Under the pieces are notes generated by a model. It was given only the letters and a program-made list of their open reading frames with translations, was not told the origin of the DNA and searched no databases. A stretch of DNA of 64,000 nucleotides from Polyangiaceae bacterium (lineage in GTDB: Bacteria; Myxococcota_A; Polyangia; Polyangiales; Polyangiaceae), in NCBI GenBank assembly GCA_044222475.1, contig JBGANF010000027.1:10784-74783 (forward strand), in the 5' to 3' direction. Shown piece by piece: positions 59,986-64,000 of this stretch (positions within the stretch are counted from its first letter, which is position 1; each line of letters begins with the position of its first letter). The position numbers and the translations under genes were made by a program.

Positions 59986-61497
59986 ATGAGACTTCAACGA
60001 CTGACTCCTTGCTTCATCGTCCTCCTAGCGCTGGGGTGCGCTCCGTCCAATTCGGATTCCGACGCGGGCACGCCCGACGCAGGGGACGCCGGCTCGGACG
60101 CGGCACCTCCGGGCCCCGAGTGGAAAGCGGGCTCGCGGTTGCAGCCGGTGCTCCTCAAGGGTGGCACGGTTCAACGTTTCGAGACGTTCCATGACACCGT
60201 CCTCGACGCGGACTGCACGTTCAGCCTCCGCGAGGACGGGAAGCTCCACTGTGTCCCCGTGCCGCTCGCGCAAGCGCAGAACGTCTACGCCGAGCTCGTC
60301 TACCCCGATGCCGCCTGCAAAGGCACGCCGGTGACAGCCGGGATTCGTGGTTGCTCCGTTCCGACGAAGTTCGCAATGGTCACGAACGAATCGCCGCTGG
60401 CGTGCGGGGCCTTTCCCGTGGTCGAGCTCGGAGCGGCGGAGCCCGCGCCGTCTGCCGGCTACGTGAAGAGCTACGGCCAGTGCTATCAGGTCAGTACGCT
60501 GGGTTCGACCTACTACGCGCTCACGCGCACGCTCGCCGCGAGCGACTTGGTGAGCGCGACGGTGTCGCGCACCCCCGTCGGCTCTCAGCTCGCCGTCGCG
60601 TACACGGATGGTGAGGACGGATCACGCGGGCCGCTCCAGCTCGAGAACCAATCACCCTATGGCGGCGCGTGCCAGCCCCGTACCGTGGATACCGGTTCGT
60701 CCATCTATTGCGTACCCACGCGGGCTGCCACGATGGGGTACACGAGCGGTGCGGGATGCTCCGGGCCTCCCGCAGCTTTGTACGCCGACGATTGCGGGGG
60801 AGCGCCCGTGATCGCGGCCAGCTACAACCCGAATGTCGCTTTCGCCGCGATTGGGGCGAAGCTGTCCGGTCCCGTCAGCATCTACCGCCAGGGCCAGGGC
60901 TGCGTTTCCGGCGGGCCCGGCGATGTCTATGCGGTCGGCGCCTCGCTTCCGGTGACGACGTTTGGCGGGCTGGCGACGGTGACCACCGACGACACGCCAC
61001 TCGCGCTGCGCGAGCATCACATCCAACCGAATGCCACGACGCGAATCGGCATTCCGAGGTTCTGGGATGCGGTGCACAAGCTGAACTGTGCTCCGGCGTT
61101 GGCAGGGGACGGGAAGGTGCGGTGCCTGCCCTACGTCTGGCTGAAGATCCCCGACACGAAGTGGGATGAAGCATCGTCGCCAGTTTTCAGGCCTTTCTAC
61201 AGCGATGCGGCGTGCACGACCCCGATCATCCCTGCCGGCCCCTACCCGACGGTGAACGATCCCATCTACGTGCCGCCGTTCGTCGCATATCGGCCCGGAA
61301 GCGAGACGTGTTACGCGAATCCTGCACGTGTCCTCGCGCCGACGTCGAAGCTCGCCAAGCCGAGCACGGTCTACGAGAGGGACGAATTGGCAGTCTGCAA
61401 GGTGTTCACTTTGGCGCAGTACGTCGCCGAGTGGTACGGAGCCGTCGAAGTTCCGGCGAGCGAGTTCACGGAGATGCAGCGAATCGTCGTGCAGTAG
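59986..61497 (+). CDS. Cys-rich lipoprotein with internal repeats
   Basis: GAGG RBS; LALGC lipobox; repeated F.D.....C.....DGK..C.P and Y.DAAC modules. Confidence 0.8.
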   Translation: MRLQRLTPCFIVLLALGCAPSNSDSDAGTPDAGDAGSDAAPPGPEWKAGSRLQPVLLKGGTVQRFETFHDTVLDADCTFSLREDGKLHCVPVPLAQAQNVYAELVYPDAACKGTPVTAGIRGCSVPTKFAMVTNESPLACGAFPVVELGAAEPAPSAGYVKSYGQCYQVSTLGSTYYALTRTLAASDLVSATVSRTPVGSQLAVAYTDGEDGSRGPLQLENQSPYGGACQPRTVDTGSSIYCVPTRAATMGYTSGAGCSGPPAALYADDCGGAPVIAASYNPNVAFAAIGAKLSGPVSIYRQGQGCVSGGPGDVYAVGASLPVTTFGGLATVTTDDTPLALREHHIQPNATTRIGIPRFWDAVHKLNCAPALAGDGKVRCLPYVWLKIPDTKWDEASSPVFRPFYSDAACTTPIIPAGPYPTVNDPIYVPPFVAYRPGSETCYANPARVLAPTSKLAKPSTVYERDELAVCKVFTLAQYVAEWYGAVEVPASEFTEMQRIVVQ

Positions 61498-61774
61498 GCA
61501 CAGGCCGAATGGCCACGTGGGCGAGTGCACGAAGCGCAACCGGTATCGCGACCCCTTCGAGTACACGAAGCGCGGCGCGCACCAGATTTCGCAGCGCAAC
61601 CGTCGTCGATCAGTCGTCCCAGGATGGTACCGCTGGCACCGAATGCGTTGCGAAATCCAAGCACGCGACCGAGCACGACGGTGAGCACCCCACCTGAGAA
61701 TGCTGCGGGGCACCCCTGCTGAGGATCGCGGCGGGATGTGAGGTCGTCCCTCGGCTCGAACGAGGGACTCTCAC

Positions 61775-62185
61775 GTGCCGGATTGGCACCGCTTCGCGTA
61801 CGCCGCCTCGAGCGCACGCACTGCCTTCGGCGTCCGGTTCGCCAGCGCGTCGCTGAAGTGCGTGACCAAGGGCGCCGACCTCCACGCGCTCAAGCCGATC
61901 GCCTCGGATCACGTCGTCCTGTGGCCCCGCCAGATCGAGTGCATCGACGAAGAGCGATCCGAGCCACGCTACCGAGCGAGCTTCGTCACCGACGAGAGCC
62001 CACCGGACGACACCAACTTCAGCGACGTGCGACGCCTCGTCATCGATCCGGCGAAGGTGCCGAAGGAGCTGACCGTGTTCCGAGCGGCCCATTACACGGC
62101 GCCGCTCCTCGTTCGGGCAGAAGCGGCCGCGCGCATCGCGGCTCAGGGCTTCGAAGGTTTCGCCTTCAAGCCGCCGCGCCGCTGA
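61775..62185 (+). CDS. Imm11 (DUF1629)-like immunity protein, possibly N-terminally truncated
   Basis: IECIDEERS..VRRLVIDPAKVP..VFR..LLV..GFEGFAF C-terminal signature; only 136 aa. Confidence 0.65.
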   Translation: MPDWHRFAYAASSARTAFGVRFASASLKCVTKGADLHALKPIASDHVVLWPRQIECIDEERSEPRYRASFVTDESPPDDTNFSDVRRLVIDPAKVPKELTVFRAAHYTAPLLVRAEAAARIAAQGFEGFAFKPPRR

Positions 62186-62201
62186 CGGGGGCGCCGGGGC
62201 T

Positions 62202-62960
62202 TTGGTGCTGACCGGAGATGGTATGACGATGAGGATGCGTGCTTTCGCCGCCGTGCTCTTGCTCGCGAATGCCGGGTGCGGGGACGTCCTGCCAACCGCC
62301 GATGCGGGCGGAGATGCGGCAGCAGACAGTGAACAGGGAGACAGCGCGTGCCGTTCTCCCGATGGGTTTCTCATGTGTGGTGGCCCGAACGCCTGTCCGA
62401 CTTCGGCTTGTCAGAGTTTCTGTGGCCGAAATCTGGAGAGCGACGCATCGGTGCCGGGGGTCTGCGACTACCAGTGGCCCGAGCCCCAGTGTGCGTTTGC
62501 GGGATATGAGCCGAACCTCTGCGCTACTCCGCCTTCGAGCGCCGGAGTTGCCAATTTCTTCTTCAACGTCCCACAGAGCCTTGGCTTCTTGATGCTCCAG
62601 AACGGTGCGGGGAAGTTCGTTCACTACGAGGACCACAGTGTCTTCACCGGCGCTCCAATTCCGGAGCCCGCAACCTGTCCGAGCCTCGGGAACGTCAAGG
62701 GATGCGGCGGTGCGTGTGGTGCCTGCGCCAACGACGAGAAGTGCTACGGCCGTAGCCCTCTCCACCCCGTGGGAGTGTGCGCAAAAATCACCGAGTATTG
62801 CGCCCTCGATGGCAAGTGCAGCTTCGGGAACAAGTGCATCTTCTATCTCGTGCAGCCCGAGGTCCAAAGCTTCGCGGATAACTCAGGATGGTGTCTTCCG
62901 CAGGCCGACTGTGAGGCGCTCGCGCTGGCGATGCCTGGGGGAATGAAGTGCGGTCCATGA
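62202..62960 (+). CDS. Cys-rich lipoprotein
   Basis: NAGC lipobox, DAGGDA linker, about 20 Cys. Start likely 62217-62235. Confidence 0.72.
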   Translation: MVLTGDGMTMRMRAFAAVLLLANAGCGDVLPTADAGGDAAADSEQGDSACRSPDGFLMCGGPNACPTSACQSFCGRNLESDASVPGVCDYQWPEPQCAFAGYEPNLCATPPSSAGVANFFFNVPQSLGFLMLQNGAGKFVHYEDHSVFTGAPIPEPATCPSLGNVKGCGGACGACANDEKCYGRSPLHPVGVCAKITEYCALDGKCSFGNKCIFYLVQPEVQSFADNSGWCLPQADCEALALAMPGGMKCGP

Positions 62961-63032
62961 AGGGTCCGCTGTCGGTTCCATCATTTGGGAACGCAGCCAC
63001 CCTGCTGCCACGAACACGAAAGGGCTGGCAGA

Positions 63033-63386
63033 ATGACAGACCTGAAGATCTACCGGGTGTTCTACACGTTCTACGCCACGGACACGTCGGTGGCGGCCGA
63101 CGATGCGGTCCCCATGAACGAAGCCGACATCTACTCGGAGCTCCTTGGCTCGCTGACCGAGGATGGCGACTTCATCGGTCTGATCGACAATCGTGGCACG
63201 ACGCTTCAGGTCATGTACGAAGCCAAGGGCGACCGATACTGGGTCGAACTACCCAGCCCACAGCGGCGAGGCTCGTATGGCGCGCGGTTGTCGTTCGACG
63301 CGCTAACCGAGTTGTTCAAGGTTCTTCCCCGCGAATTCGATCCAGAATCATTGACGCTGTTGGAGTTTCAATCGTGGCAGACCTAA
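63033..63386 (+). CDS. Hypothetical acidic protein
   Basis: 117 aa globular composition (DFIGLID..TLQ..YWVELP..RGSYG); lower GC than the core genes. Confidence 0.7.
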   Translation: MTDLKIYRVFYTFYATDTSVAADDAVPMNEADIYSELLGSLTEDGDFIGLIDNRGTTLQVMYEAKGDRYWVELPSPQRRGSYGARLSFDALTELFKVLPREFDPESLTLLEFQSWQT

Positions 63387-63513
63387 TCGGCACGCTTGGC
63401 GATGAACGCCTCGTCGTCGCCGTGGCCCGGAGGAGGGACCGACCTCCCGAGCGCTCGCCGAGTCAGGTCCGCCGTCGGACTTCCTGGGTGCGGTCGGTCA
63501 GCGCTTCGCGGGG

Positions 63514-63858
63514 GTGTGCGTCGGTCTTGCGGTGCGAAAGATCGCGTTGTCGCCGCTCGAAGGTTGGATTCTCGCCGAGCTCGAAGAAGCCGGTGCCGAA
63601 GACGTCACCACGGTGCTCAACGCGGCGCACCCGCGCTCGCGTGACGAGGTGGAGGACGCGATTCGGCGCTTGGTCGCGCTGGGCATGGTGGAGTTGGCGT
63701 ATGCCGACGAACGCGGGTGGCCGAACGTGGAAGGGCGCGAGGCCGAGGAGCGGCTCGCGCTCGTGACGTGGGTGCGGTGGGAGAGCCGAGGTGGGTATTG
63801 GACCGTGCATCCCGGAGTGAGGAACGTCGCACTGGTACGGACGGGGAAGCAGCATTGA
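63514..63858 (+). CDS. Hypothetical protein
   Basis: LSPLEGWILAELEEAGAEDVTTVLN..AIRRLVALGMV (wHTH-like). Start uncertain. Confidence 0.5.
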   Translation: MCVGLAVRKIALSPLEGWILAELEEAGAEDVTTVLNAAHPRSRDEVEDAIRRLVALGMVELAYADERGWPNVEGREAEERLALVTWVRWESRGGYWTVHPGVRNVALVRTGKQH

Positions 63859-64000
63859 GATGATGGCTGCCGTGACTGCGGTCCCCAACGGAGCGGAACA
63901 CGGCATCCCCGACCGTCGCTCCGCAGACGGCACCTCGCCGCCTTGGCGATCGGCCTGGAATGACCTACGCACGGGAGTCTGCTGCGGTGACTCGATGACT

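Overview
High-GC bacterial chromosomal segment. The gene content (many DAG/DGG-linker lipoproteins, a Ser/Thr kinase plus TPR module, Cys-rich secreted proteins, an MJ0042-type zinc-ribbon/TPR protein) suggests Myxococcota, probably Polyangiales; this is inference, not a database result. About 55 CDSs are supported. Recognisable genes are uvrA, dksA, recA, comM, an RNase HII-like gene, a type IV pilus minor-pilin cluster (fimU-pilV-pilW-pilX-pilY1), a flippase/MscS/two-antiporter run, REC-EAL and hybrid kinase signalling genes, and several enzymes. An accessory tail at about 59.3-64 kb holds lipoproteins and an orphan Imm11-like gene. The most unusual feature is non-coding: an ~860-bp intergenic element (24286-25148) between a DUF4177 gene and dksA. 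It is made of 34-37-bp units arranged as a giant imperfect palindrome, with an exact 73-bp two-unit period in the left arm. It carries two inverted, diverged copies of a ~135-nt hairpin cassette that show compensatory base changes, GNA/GNNA loops on one strand, and a hairpin + 12 nt + CTAG terminus reminiscent of rolling-circle (Helitron-like) element ends. No rRNA, tRNA, cas or transposase genes were seen. All calls come from reading motifs by eye, and many start codons are best estimates.
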